Notes: generated by a model not told the origin, from the letters alone. Positions 24,762-34,876 are shown, counted from the stretch's first letter. The stretch: 62,441 nucleotides of DNA from Candidatus Sungiibacteriota bacterium (GCA_016206285.1 JACQRW010000006.1:1-62441); one strand, 5' to 3'. Numbers and translations: made by a program.

Positions 24762-27700
24762 TCACTCCTCTACATTCCCTCCCCCGTCAGTCCACGAAGC
24801 CGAGCTGGTGGCAATATTCGTGCCATTGTTGGAAAAATGCGTATTGGATATGGTCGGATTTGCACCGGCGCTTGACCACACGCCGTATCCGGCAGTGCTG
24901 CTTCCAAATGAAGACAGGTTATCGCGGATGATCGAATTGGTAATTGTGGTGGATGCGGTTCCGCTCCCGACAGCCCCGATGCCGGCAAAGAAACTTTTTT
25001 CAATCGTGGAGTTGCTGATTTGAATTGTCGAGGTTGCATTTTGTATTTCCACCGCTCCCCGATCACCGATGTTTGTATTTTTGTTCCCTCCATACCGGAC
25101 AATAGCATGATCCAATAGTGATGCTGTGCTTCCGGTTGAGCGGAAGATCAACCCGCCCCAGTCTCCGGCTGCAGGGGAGGTGGTTGCCTCATTGGTATCC
25201 CCGCATGTTGGCGTTATCCCGCAGTCGTCGTCATGGAATGAGGTCAGCACAAGGGGAGAGGCGGTGGTTCCTTGCGCGCTTAACACTCCGTCTATGTAGA
25301 GTGCGGCCGCACTCTTGAATTTCAAAATTGCACCCGGAGAGACGGCAAGCGTGGTGTTGGACGAAACGCTTTTGGTTGTATTCGTATCAAACACGTACGG
25401 CAGATCAGATTCGAGCGTGATCCCGCCAAGCGATGATCCGGACAGGAAAATGGCATCAAGTCCGTTGTTGCTTGCACTGTCCCCTGAAAACGAGACTTTG
25501 CCGCCTGAAAACTGGATCGCGTACCCGGTGTTATCAAGAAAACTGTTGCCCGATACCGGAGTAGTCTGGCTTGATGAGCCGCCTATGGAAAGACCGATGT
25601 CGTTTCTTTGGAAGATGCTGTTTTTGATCGCCACCCCGCCTCCGGCGCTGACCTCTATGCCCGCGTATCCCCCTATGCCATTGTCGGCAAACGTGGATGA
25701 TGAAATTTCACCTGATACATTGCTCACATATATGCCGCTGGTCTTGGAAAACTCGGATGTGGAGTTGGTAACAGTCAGTGAGACGTTGGATGCCTGCAAA
25801 TTGGCGTGGATCGAGCCGTAGAACAGATCAAGCTTGCCGCCGTACCGGATAATCGTGTAATCAAATGTGGAGCCGCTGACCGTTGGTTGGATCGTGCTCC
25901 AGTCTCCGGCGGCAGCAGGAGTGGTGGTGCCATCGTTGTTGATGTCTCCGCCGTAGACATCGTCATTGATCGAGGTGAATACTACCGGGTTTGACGCAGT
26001 GCCGTGCGTTGCGATGATGCCGTTTGCGGTAAGCGACTGTGCGCCAAAAAACTTGATCACCGTACCTGCCTCGACATCCAGAGTCACGCCTCCGCCAATG
26101 CCAAGGTTGGTTGCAATCACATACGGGCTTTGTGATTGAGTAAGCGTAGTATTTGCGCTGATAGTAGTGGCACCTTTGGCGATGAGATAATTCAAACTAT
26201 TCCGCCTGCCCGGTGTGCCGTGTATGGCCGCGTTGTCGGCGTTTTTGCTGCTTGCGCCAAAACCAGCCCACGATCCCCAGTTTGTTTGAACATCGCCTGA
26301 TGCGTAGGGATCATACCGCTCCATAGTGTTGTAGCTTGATGCCGCAGACCCGTAACACCAGTTGGAGCCGCAAGGAGCCGGGGTTGTGTCTATGGTGGTG
26401 GTGGCTTGCGGAGAAGCCGAGACATATGACAGTTCCAATACTTCACCAGTGTTTGACAGCGCTCCGGTGTAAATTTGGTTTTCCGTAACATCAGAGATGG
26501 TCGTGGAAGATGTCCGTTCCAGCACAAAATATGCTTTTGCTGCAATCGTGTTTGTGAGATGGATGTATGGAACATTGTCCGTAGACCGCAACACCCAGTT
26601 GGTGAGCGAAATGTCATAGTCCGTGATGTTGTAGAGTTCAATCCATTCATCTTCGCTCTGATTGGAAGACGTGCCTGCCCAGGCGATCTCGTTGATCACA
26701 ATGGGACGGGTTGCAACACTTACAGTCTGGGTTGCGGCTGTACTGATATTGCCGGTGCGATCAATTGCTGTTGCGGAAAAGACATAGGTTGTGTTGTCTG
26801 TGGCAGTAAATGTGGTAGAGGTTGCGGTGGTGGAGGCGAATGAAAAGTTGGAACAAGCAACACCGCCTGTCGTACACGTTATGGCATAGCGGTCAAAGTC
26901 CGATGCGGCTTGCCCCGAGCTTGTCGAGGCGGATGATGACCAATTCATGGCTATGGTTGTGGTTGCGATCAGACATCCCGTGGAAGAGAGCGAGAAAGTG
27001 CAGGATGAGACAGTGAACGAGATATCCGGAGCAGTCGTGTCGGCTGGAGGGGTTGGGGTGGTTGTTGCGGCTTGCGGTGAGCTTGCTTGCGGTGAGCTTG
27101 CTTGCGGTGAGCTTGTCGAAGCCGTGGTTGTTGCGGTGTCAGAGGAACTTGGCGTTGATGCGGGTGTTTGAGTTGGTACTGGAGTTGCCGGCGTATTCCC
27201 CTCCACAATACCAATGCCACCGCTCCCTGCCGGTGTCGCAGGCGTAGGAGAACCACTGCTTGCGGCTGATGCGGAAGAAGACTTGTCCAAAGTTTCAGAC
27301 GCGCGTTCTGCCCGTAGAGCCGAAGACTGTGTCTGTGGCAAGCTTACTGTATTACTAACCGTGGGTTTGTTCTCTGGCACTGACTGCTGCGGCTGTTGCA
27401 GGGGTTGGATCCCTGCGGGAATAGGTTGAGGAGGAGCGGGTTGAGGAGATACTGGAGACGGGATCGGATCGGGAATTGAAGCCTGATTGGTATCCGGAGG
27501 CAATGCATCCCGGGTTTCCTCATCCTGTAGATCCTTTTCTGTCACGCTGGTGCCGTAGAGCAGGCCGGCAAACCCAAATACCCCACTCTTTAATTTATCC
27601 ATGCCCTTGCCAAACCATGACCTGTTTTTGTTGTAGAGCGTCTTGCTCTGTTTCTCGCGCTCCACTTCATCAAAGAAGAGCTTGATCGCTCCTGCTCCAT

Positions 27701-28676
27701 TGAGCACTGCATGACGGGAGAGACGGGACCAGTAGTCGGAGAGAATGAGATTATCTGGATCTGTAATTTCCCTTAAAATATTATCACTACCGAGTATTCT
27801 TTTAGAAACAACGATTCTGTGTTTATCTCCATTATTCAGAACTCCATAACCGAAAGTATAATCTTTACCATCACTTAATCTCTGCGTTCTCTCCTCAAAA
27901 ACTGTTGGCTTAGTATATTGTGGGGAAAGAATAGTATCCCTACTGAAAAAGTTAGTATTCGAATACCCTGCTATCACATCAAAATATGAGCCGATACTGG
28001 ATAACAGTATCGGCTTTTGGTTCTGCAGTTGATTGGCAATAGCAATGTGGGAGCGGTCAAATTGATTGGTCCAGCTCTCGTATGGGCTGCCCATATCAGC
28101 AACATGCGGGTGCGGGTCGTTTCTTGTGTGATCCGGTACGGTCGCGTCTTCCAAGAGATGCAGCACATGTCCCAGAGATTCCAGCCCTCGTGTTTTGCTA
28201 CCCCATGCGTATTCGTAAATGGCACGGTCCCATGAGTAGTCGTCCGCTCCGCCAAAGTAATCGGTCAGGATGCCGCCAAACAGTTTTTGCTTTATGCCTG
28301 CCTGGCTCATGGTATTGGTTGCCCAGTCTTTTGAGCTTTGCCATTTTGATTTGGCAGGCGCGGATACGACTGCGAGATTGGGGTTGGGATTGGGGTTAGT
28401 TTCCAGTACCAGACCCCGGTTATGCACCGGATCGTAGAAATGGCGCATGAAGCGGATGCCTTTGTCTTCGTCAATACTGCCTTGGATTATGGATTGAGCA
28501 TCGTTTGCCGTAAATTTCAACTGCGGGTAGTTAAGATTGAAAAATCGTACCATTTCCTGGGTCAAAGCCGCATGGGTAGTGTCAGGACTGTAGGCAAAGG
28601 TAAAAGAGGGGGTCGTGCAAGAGATGACCGTAAGGCATAAATAGAAGAGGGTTTTTAGAGCTCGGTGATTTTCCAT
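24762..28676 (-). CDS. Large secreted multidomain surface protein (zinc-PLC/nuclease-like domain, S/T/P linker, lamin-tail-like domain, parallel beta-helix repeats)
   Basis: Signal peptide; HVLHLLEDATVPDHTRND zinc-phospholipase C-like motif; INEIAWAGT...DEWIELYN LTD-like segment; C-terminal Gly/Ser/Asn/Thr-rich beta-helix-type repeats. Confidence 0.7.
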   Translation of the reverse strand: MENHRALKTLFYLCLTVISCTTPSFTFAYSPDTTHAALTQEMVRFFNLNYPQLKFTANDAQSIIQGSIDEDKGIRFMRHFYDPVHNRGLVLETNPNPNPNLAVVSAPAKSKWQSSKDWATNTMSQAGIKQKLFGGILTDYFGGADDYSWDRAIYEYAWGSKTRGLESLGHVLHLLEDATVPDHTRNDPHPHVADMGSPYESWTNQFDRSHIAIANQLQNQKPILLSSIGSYFDVIAGYSNTNFFSRDTILSPQYTKPTVFEERTQRLSDGKDYTFGYGVLNNGDKHRIVVSKRILGSDNILREITDPDNLILSDYWSRLSRHAVLNGAGAIKLFFDEVEREKQSKTLYNKNRSWFGKGMDKLKSGVFGFAGLLYGTSVTEKDLQDEETRDALPPDTNQASIPDPIPSPVSPQPAPPQPIPAGIQPLQQPQQSVPENKPTVSNTVSLPQTQSSALRAERASETLDKSSSASAASSGSPTPATPAGSGGIGIVEGNTPATPVPTQTPASTPSSSDTATTTASTSSPQASSPQASSPQAATTTPTPPADTTAPDISFTVSSCTFSLSSTGCLIATTTIAMNWSSSASTSSGQAASDFDRYAITCTTGGVACSNFSFASTTATSTTFTATDNTTYVFSATAIDRTGNISTAATQTVSVATRPIVINEIAWAGTSSNQSEDEWIELYNITDYDISLTNWVLRSTDNVPYIHLTNTIAAKAYFVLERTSSTTISDVTENQIYTGALSNTGEVLELSYVSASPQATTTIDTTPAPCGSNWCYGSAASSYNTMERYDPYASGDVQTNWGSWAGFGASSKNADNAAIHGTPGRRNSLNYLIAKGATTISANTTLTQSQSPYVIATNLGIGGGVTLDVEAGTVIKFFGAQSLTANGIIATHGTASNPVVFTSINDDVYGGDINNDGTTTPAAAGDWSTIQPTVSGSTFDYTIIRYGGKLDLFYGSIHANLQASNVSLTVTNSTSEFSKTSGIYVSNVSGEISSSTFADNGIGGYAGIEVSAGGGVAIKNSIFQRNDIGLSIGGSSSQTTPVSGNSFLDNTGYAIQFSGGKVSFSGDSASNNGLDAIFLSGSSLGGITLESDLPYVFDTNTTKSVSSNTTLAVSPGAILKFKSAAALYIDGVLSAQGTTASPLVLTSFHDDDCGITPTCGDTNEATTSPAAGDWGGLIFRSTGSTASLLDHAIVRYGGNKNTNIGDRGAVEIQNATSTIQISNSTIEKSFFAGIGAVGSGTASTTITNSIIRDNLSSFGSSTAGYGVWSSAGANPTISNTHFSNNGTNIATSSASWTDGGGNVEE
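27071..27115. repeat. 3 x 15-bp perfect tandem repeat inside the CDS
   Basis: cttgcggtgagcttg x3, encoding (SSPQA)3 on the minus strand. Confidence 0.9.
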
Positions 28677-29137
28677 TTGGCATTTAAGCCTTTCTTAAGA
28701 ATAACAATTACTTCAACCACATTATTTTTATTAGCGACAGTGAAGAAGGCTTCTCGCTCATCCTTCCTACTCAACTCCAGTTTCTCTGCCTCTATAATAA
28801 TCTGACCTATATTCCCGCTACCTTTTTCTTTGCTCAGATATTCCCTCCACTTCTCCTGCTCCCCCACTACAAAATACTTTGCGGCAAGGTCCGTATCTCC
28901 CTGCTTCAGGGCATCAATAAAAAGCCGAAGGGTTTCCTCCGGTGTTTCGCCGCCATACGGGTCGTCTTTCATTTGTTGGATGAGCTTTTGTTCCTGCTCG
29001 ATATATTCATACGCTGCCTGCTCTGCCTGATACGCCGGATCGGTGCGATACCGCCAGTATCTGATGCCAATGAGTACGCCTACTCCAACAAGCACAATTA
29101 AAATACCGCCACCGGCAAACTTCACGAGATTGTTCAT
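28655..29137 (-). CDS. Membrane-anchored hypothetical protein (MNNLVKFA N-terminus)
   Basis: ATG at 29137 with promoter TTGACC-17-TATTAT-6-ATG; a TM helix follows the MNNLVKFA peptide. Confidence 0.55.
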   Translation of the reverse strand: MNNLVKFAGGGILIVLVGVGVLIGIRYWRYRTDPAYQAEQAAYEYIEQEQKLIQQMKDDPYGGETPEETLRLFIDALKQGDTDLAAKYFVVGEQEKWREYLSKEKGSGNIGQIIIEAEKLELSRKDEREAFFTVANKNNVVEVIVILKKGLNAKWKITEL

Positions 29138-29143
29138 ATGTCC

Positions 29144-29197
29144 ATAATAAAACCCCATGCCAAAAGGGTCAATGCAGAAAGGTGGGGATAAGTTTTA
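29144..29197 (-). promoter_or_regulatory. Leaderless promoter cassette, copy B
   Basis: AAAACTTATCC box, TTGACC, 17-nt spacer, TATTAT, 6 nt, ATGAACAATCTCGTGAAGTTTGC. Confidence 0.5.
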
Positions 29198-29212
29198 TTG
29201 CAATATAAGGAG

Positions 29213-31435
29213 CTATGGCGCCGCGAGCGTGATGGTTTTGGTTTCTTTGCGCGGGTGCCTGTTGGTTTCAATTGGGCAACCTGGTCTATCGTATTGAAGA
29301 GTGTGGACAATGATTTCTTGGTTATTGCTCCATGCCAAAGATTCAATCGAATTTATGCCATAATTTTCTTGGTTGCTCATCGTTTCAAGTTCTCTTTTTT
29401 GAAAATTATTCAGATTGACGACGGTAAGATAATCGCCATTATAGCAGGTGCCTGCATGAAAAAATCGCACCACCGCCAATTTTGAACCGTCGGGCGAGGG
29501 GTAGAACGAAGACGATCCATCAAAATCTTTACCCACCAGTTGTATCTTTTCTCGATCGGCATTCAAACGATACAGCGCCCATGTGCAGTTATTTGCTCCG
29601 CACCAATAAGAAGTCGCCGCAAAGAAATAAAAAGCGCCATCCGGAGATTGCAGGACTTCGGAGTCAATATGCAGTGTGTCAAACTCCGCCATGTCCGCGG
29701 GCGGCTTCAGATCATGTCTGATTTGTTTTGCCGATGCTTCATGCGCCAGTTTGCCAGTGCGGTCAAAAAATTTCAATTGGTCGCGCTTCGCATCAAAGAG
29801 AACAGCAGGCAGGCGATCCGGCGTCTCGGTATTTCTGACAGATTCATTCCTTGCGATACTCATGATAGCCGCCAAACGGCTGTCGGCCGCGGTTTCCATG
29901 GCATCTCGCACCGGCTCCACAATTTCATCATAAAACCATAGGGGCGAAGATAAAATGAAGAACAGTAAAAGCGCTGCGCTTGTTCGCGGTAAGATTTTAT
30001 GGAGTGTTTTATTTTTTATGCCACGTTCAACACACGGCACGATCCGTTTTGTTTCCGGTCCGTATAGTTCAAGATGGAATGATTCATTTGACGGCACATT
30101 ACCAGGTCCGGCATTGTATGCTGCCACTGATTTTCTTAACCGGTCTTTGGAATTTTTATAGACAGTGCCGTAGAGATAGTGAAAATACCTGACACCGCCG
30201 CGGATGTTTTGCCGGATGTCAAAAACATCATCAACAGGACTATAAAACGATTTTGATTTGTCATTAAGATCGGTGAGCAGTTCTTTCGTGAGTTGCATAA
30301 TACCGTACGCAACTTCCGGCTTTCCTTTTTGAAAAGAAACCGTGTACGGAAGCATGTTTGATTCACAATCAGCCAATGCGAGGAGAATTTCCGGATCAAT
30401 GTTTACTGTCCGCGCTTCTTTGATGATTATCTGCTGGATAGTCTGCCTGTCTTCTCCGTCTATTTCTAACGCAAGCGCGTAGATATACCCCTCTTGGTTT
30501 CCGTATTTCACTTTATGCCAGCGATTGGTAGAGAGCGGGACGCCATTGTCGTTTGCAATCCGTTCACCCATGACCGCTTTTTTCAAAATGGAGACGCGCT
30601 CATTTTTTGGGATGCTCCCCAAATCTTCGGGAGTGGTATGGGGAGCCGCTCGCAATTTTACCGATTCCCAAACAACTTTCGCGTTTACTGATGCTGGAGC
30701 ATCACTCCGATGCAAATTAAATTTGACATGATGCAGAGTCGGTGTCCGATCCGCCCAAAGTTCAATATAATGAATGCCCTTGGGGAGTGCCGGCGAGAAA
30801 ATTTTTTCTTGGCGTTCGTTTTGGAAGGGAAAACTACTCCAGAGCCAGTTACGATGCAGTACTGATAACAGCGAAGTATTTTTCTGCACCTCCCCGTCAA
30901 TAACGAGTTTGATATCGTCGCCGTCTCTCCAGCGCCAGCGAACTGACGCGTCAATAGAAAATGATTGCAATGACAGATCAATGAATGCAAAGGTAAACCA
31001 CGGCCTTCTATCCCCGTCTTCCGCCTGCTCCTCTCTGCTAAGCATAACCTGCTGTTGGCCATTGAGTTCGCGGATTTCTATACCCTCTATGGTAGCGCTT
31101 GGTTGCGGGACGAGATCGAGTACATGCTCGCCTTGCTCCAAAATCGTAAAGAATACGATGGTCTTTTGCAATCCTTTCAATTCTGCGCCGTTGCAAGCAG
31201 GCGGGATATTGAATAATTGCACATATTTTTCCGGCGGAAATTCGCGGAAACGAAGCCCGTTTATTTCTACCCGGAGATTTTCATCAGTCTTTTCCGTTGT
31301 CTGATCGCGGGATCGGCAACGCGCCCGAAGAATTATCGCGACAAGACCGGCATGAGAAACAGTAAATTTATGAGAAACTGGTTTTCGTAATGTTTGAAGC
31401 ATGGTGTTATCTGCAAACTTTACGAGATTGTTCAT
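29213..31435 (-). CDS. Lytic transglycosylase (SLT) plus SH3b-like domain protein with a beta-propeller-like C-terminus
   Basis: CESN...GIMQLT...AYNAGPGNV SLT motifs; SH3b-like NRWHKVKYGNQEGYIY; PDGSKLAV repeats. Start at 31435 (MNNLVKFA) is supported by the promoter. Confidence 0.7.
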   Translation of the reverse strand: MNNLVKFADNTMLQTLRKPVSHKFTVSHAGLVAIILRARCRSRDQTTEKTDENLRVEINGLRFREFPPEKYVQLFNIPPACNGAELKGLQKTIVFFTILEQGEHVLDLVPQPSATIEGIEIRELNGQQQVMLSREEQAEDGDRRPWFTFAFIDLSLQSFSIDASVRWRWRDGDDIKLVIDGEVQKNTSLLSVLHRNWLWSSFPFQNERQEKIFSPALPKGIHYIELWADRTPTLHHVKFNLHRSDAPASVNAKVVWESVKLRAAPHTTPEDLGSIPKNERVSILKKAVMGERIANDNGVPLSTNRWHKVKYGNQEGYIYALALEIDGEDRQTIQQIIIKEARTVNIDPEILLALADCESNMLPYTVSFQKGKPEVAYGIMQLTKELLTDLNDKSKSFYSPVDDVFDIRQNIRGGVRYFHYLYGTVYKNSKDRLRKSVAAYNAGPGNVPSNESFHLELYGPETKRIVPCVERGIKNKTLHKILPRTSAALLLFFILSSPLWFYDEIVEPVRDAMETAADSRLAAIMSIARNESVRNTETPDRLPAVLFDAKRDQLKFFDRTGKLAHEASAKQIRHDLKPPADMAEFDTLHIDSEVLQSPDGAFYFFAATSYWCGANNCTWALYRLNADREKIQLVGKDFDGSSSFYPSPDGSKLAVVRFFHAGTCYNGDYLTVVNLNNFQKRELETMSNQENYGINSIESLAWSNNQEIIVHTLQYDRPGCPIETNRHPRKETKTITLAAP

Positions 31436-31441
31436 AGATTT

Positions 31442-31494
31442 ATGATAATGCGCTGCATATGAGAGGTCAAATAAAAGGGTATGGATAAGTTTTA
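31442..31494 (-). promoter_or_regulatory. Leaderless promoter cassette, copy A
   Basis: AAAACTTATCC box, TTGACC, 17-nt spacer, TATCAT, 6 nt, ATGAACAATCTCGTAAAGTTTGC. Confidence 0.5.
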
Positions 31495-31629
31495 AATCAA
31501 CATTCATCCCACGATCGTGTCTCATTTGTTGATTTAAATTTACATCTACATCTAATCTACAAAAGTAGAAATCTTATAGAGGCATCTGAAGCAGTCTGAT
31601 TCGTCAAGACAGGCAGATGTGAAGAATGT

Positions 31630-34206
31630 TTAAGTTTGAATCGTTTCCATCAACTTCTCCCTGAACTCATTCTCGTTTTCCGACTCGTAAAATGGTATGC
31701 CGAGAATCTTATATTTTCCCCGCGCAAATTCAAGCGGCTTTTTATCTTTGAATCTCGCGGTTATCTCCTCCAAAAAATTCTCCTTCCATTTGTCGTGCTC
31801 CCGCAGATGCGCGCCTTTTGGCTCTATAAAAAGCTGATAAGCCAGACTGCCGCCCTTTTTATCAACCAAAAACAACAGATAGTCCGGCTCAAACGCAGCA
31901 CCGTCATAAAAATTGTAAATCTTCATAACCCGCTCGTTGCGGACAAGATAAACTTCCTTGAAATTTTCGTTCAAGTCTTCAACCATCCTGGCAATTAAAT
32001 CCACAAAATCCTTTTCCTCGCTGGTACCGTATAGAGCATCAAAGACATACCATTTCTTACCCGCAATATAATCCTGTTGCCCATCTGCTTTTACGCTTCC
32101 TTTCTTCACCTTTATTTTCTTGTCTCCGAACACGGTGCTCAATTTTTTCGGCTTAAACTCCACAGTGCCTTTGTACTCCGTGATACCATCTTTCATTTCT
32201 TTTTCCAATTCATTGAGCAGTTGCGCCATTGCCTGAAACTTTTCCTCATTTCCCATAGATTCCGCATTTCCCCGCATCCCTCCGATATTGACGCTCAATC
32301 CTCCCAGATATTCATCACGCTCAATAAACTCACGCATGGAAACGACGTGCGGAAAATAACGCTTGAGATTTTCAAACGTGAAAAAATTATTTTTGGTCAG
32401 TGCGTTTTTGACAATATGCCGCTCTATCGCATTCACCGGCAAGTCCTCGCCCTCCTTCATTATCATAGCGCCGCCTATTTTATCGTTGCCCCCGTATACG
32501 CTCGCTTCCCCGCCAAGTCCGGAATCCATCACAAAACTCATATCCCGCTTGCTCACACCCAAATCCGCAATTGACCGCACTTTTTCAAAACTCGTTTTGA
32601 CGCGCTCATTGCCATACACCATGCCGGATTTGTAAAACCGCTTTTTCTTAAAATCTTCTTTGAGCTTTAACTCAACTTCCATTTCATCCGCATCCATTAT
32701 ACCCGTTTCTTCAAGCGCGATTTTTATTTCGCTCAAATACCGCGGCTCGTCGTGATGGTGATAATGAAGCACTTCCAATATCCTCAATTCATGATCTATA
32801 TCTTTATCATACTTTCGCATGAACCGATCTTCATCATCGGCAATGCGAAACGGAAAATACCGCGCCCCGCGGCCGATCAGCTGGGCTTCGGAAATGGTGG
32901 TCTTGCCTGGCTGATTATTCTTCCCATCCCGCGTCTCATACAGCCGCACAATATCAAACAGATTCAGGACATCCCAGCCCTCGTTGAGCTTCTGCACCGC
33001 AAAAATCGCGCGGATCTGATTATCGCGATCTTCCAGAGAATTGAGTAATATCTGATTCCTGTCTTTTTCGTCCTCGTCGTTCACACTCAAGCATTTATTC
33101 TCGCCGAAATTATCTTTGAGTTTTCGCGCCAGCATATCGTCCGTTATGCCGCGTTCGGTAAAAAATCGAAATCCTTTTTGCAGCACCTCCACATTAGTCC
33201 TGCTCCTGATGCGCGCGATATCACGCACTGAGAAATTATCAATGATCTTATGAAAAAGCGCTTTATTCTCCTGCGATTGCGCAATGGTTTTCTGCGCTTT
33301 GAACAAAATGACCGGCTTGAGATTAATACCATATTTTCCTGCCACATCCTGCCGGTATTGATTGAGAATAATGGCTTGTGTTATGCGATCTTTTTTATCC
33401 GTATTACTTGGCAAAAGCATCGGGTCTTTGGAAAACCCGTCGTTGCGGAATGCTTTGAGATCATACCGATAAATCACTTTATTCCTGTATTCGTCCGCGA
33501 TGTGCGGATTGATAAAATCCATAGTCGCGGTAAATTCCAGCAGGATATTGCGCGTATTTTTCTCCAAAATTTTATTGACCGTATTTTCCCAGTTTGGCCG
33601 CTCAAGCCCGACAAGCGCCCCTTGGCGCGTTGCGACCTGCGTGTGGTGCGCCTCGTCCGACAGCAAGACAATCTTTTTGTCCTTAAAATCCTCAAAGGTA
33701 AGCGAGTTCTCCTTTTCATTATGCAGATCGCCGTGCATTTTCTGTATGGTGGTAAAACAGATATTAATATCCCTGTCGTTCGCGTCTTCAAAATTATCCA
33801 CCTGCCTGATATGCGCTTCCTGATTGTCAAAGATAATCTTGTCGCTAAAAAGATATTTGCTGGAAAGCATATTAAGAAAATTGTCTTCGGTTTTTTTAAT
33901 GATGTTGGCGGAATTCACGAAAAACAGAAAATTGCGGTACCCCTGCTTGTACAGATACAGGATCAATCCGGCCATAATGAGCGTCTTGCCGGATCCGGTC
34001 GCCATATTGAAAAGAAAATGCAAAGGAGGTTCCTTGCCTTCAAACGGATTGTGGTAGCAATGGAAAAACCTCCCAAACGCCTCTGCCTGATACTCGCGCA
34101 ATGCAAACGTCGGATTCAGATTAGCCGCAACAAAATCCGGAACATCCGGCCATCGCATCCCGACTTTTTTGGCCCCATCCAATTGTTCGTAGAGAAATTG
34201 CGGCAT
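31630..34206 (-). CDS. res: Type III restriction enzyme Res subunit (SF2 helicase-nuclease)
   Basis: NMATGSGKT Walker A, LLSDEAHH DEAH box, about 860 aa, downstream of the mod gene. Confidence 0.85.
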   Translation of the reverse strand: MPQFLYEQLDGAKKVGMRWPDVPDFVAANLNPTFALREYQAEAFGRFFHCYHNPFEGKEPPLHFLFNMATGSGKTLIMAGLILYLYKQGYRNFLFFVNSANIIKKTEDNFLNMLSSKYLFSDKIIFDNQEAHIRQVDNFEDANDRDINICFTTIQKMHGDLHNEKENSLTFEDFKDKKIVLLSDEAHHTQVATRQGALVGLERPNWENTVNKILEKNTRNILLEFTATMDFINPHIADEYRNKVIYRYDLKAFRNDGFSKDPMLLPSNTDKKDRITQAIILNQYRQDVAGKYGINLKPVILFKAQKTIAQSQENKALFHKIIDNFSVRDIARIRSRTNVEVLQKGFRFFTERGITDDMLARKLKDNFGENKCLSVNDEDEKDRNQILLNSLEDRDNQIRAIFAVQKLNEGWDVLNLFDIVRLYETRDGKNNQPGKTTISEAQLIGRGARYFPFRIADDEDRFMRKYDKDIDHELRILEVLHYHHHDEPRYLSEIKIALEETGIMDADEMEVELKLKEDFKKKRFYKSGMVYGNERVKTSFEKVRSIADLGVSKRDMSFVMDSGLGGEASVYGGNDKIGGAMIMKEGEDLPVNAIERHIVKNALTKNNFFTFENLKRYFPHVVSMREFIERDEYLGGLSVNIGGMRGNAESMGNEEKFQAMAQLLNELEKEMKDGITEYKGTVEFKPKKLSTVFGDKKIKVKKGSVKADGQQDYIAGKKWYVFDALYGTSEEKDFVDLIARMVEDLNENFKEVYLVRNERVMKIYNFYDGAAFEPDYLLFLVDKKGGSLAYQLFIEPKGAHLREHDKWKENFLEEITARFKDKKPLEFARGKYKILGIPFYESENENEFREKLMETIQT

Positions 34207-34363
34207 ATCGCGTATTCTGAATTACTGTGGATAACTTTTGACTTTTTTAAAAAAAGGAATATAATGACTATGGTGCTTGTGAGGGCTTTGGCCCTCTCAC
34301 GGTTAATTCATAAACCGTAGCCAAGTACCATCAAAGCCACCGCGAAAGCGGTGTTTTTGATGG

Positions 34364-34876
34364 CTAATCTTCCTCTGGATTGCCGGAATAAAATATTTTC
34401 TTGTTATTTCCATCGAGTTTCTTCTCAATTCTCCATGCAGGATACAGACTATAGAAAAATTTATTCCCTCCTTCTATCTCCTTAACCACGATTTTTAATC
34501 GTATCGTTTTTATAATTGCGACGAATACATAATATCGTACGATCTTCATCCTTTGTTCCCATCTGGAATTGATTTTCTGTCTGACCAAAAGAGGCCTTTC
34601 ATCATATTCCTGCAGCGTATGCGATTTAGAAACAACATCCGGCGCCAAGTGCAGCAAGCGCAAGCGTGTGTATTGTTCCGCCTGCGATCGATTTTTGTTC
34701 CACGATTTGAAAAGTAGATGCTCAAACCCCTCGGCGTTGAAATGCACATTGTCCTGCAAATAGGGACACCACACCGTGGTAATGGTTCTATAATATTTTT
34801 CAGCATCTTCCCTGCACTGCTTGAATTTTTCTTCGTCGTTTTTCATAAAGAGTTTTCCTTTTGTTAGATTATCCAT
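34364..34876 (-). CDS. Hypothetical protein translationally coupled to mod
   Basis: The 170-aa ORF start overlaps the mod stop (ATGGATAA). No family recognised. Confidence 0.5.
   Translation of the reverse strand: MDNLTKGKLFMKNDEEKFKQCREDAEKYYRTITTVWCPYLQDNVHFNAEGFEHLLFKSWNKNRSQAEQYTRLRLLHLAPDVVSKSHTLQEYDERPLLVRQKINSRWEQRMKIVRYYVFVAIIKTIRLKIVVKEIEGGNKFFYSLYPAWRIEKKLDGNNKKIFYSGNPEED

Noticed and set aside
33250-34320. 356-aa plus-strand ORF antisense to res; similar long antisense ORFs at 38916-39977, 49891-50418, 55155-55790 and 23884-24459
   Set aside because: They lie entirely opposite strongly supported genes (res, polA and its neighbour, the DHH-like gene, yebC, uvrB). Their sequences are low-complexity or Arg-rich. 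These are typical shadow ORFs.
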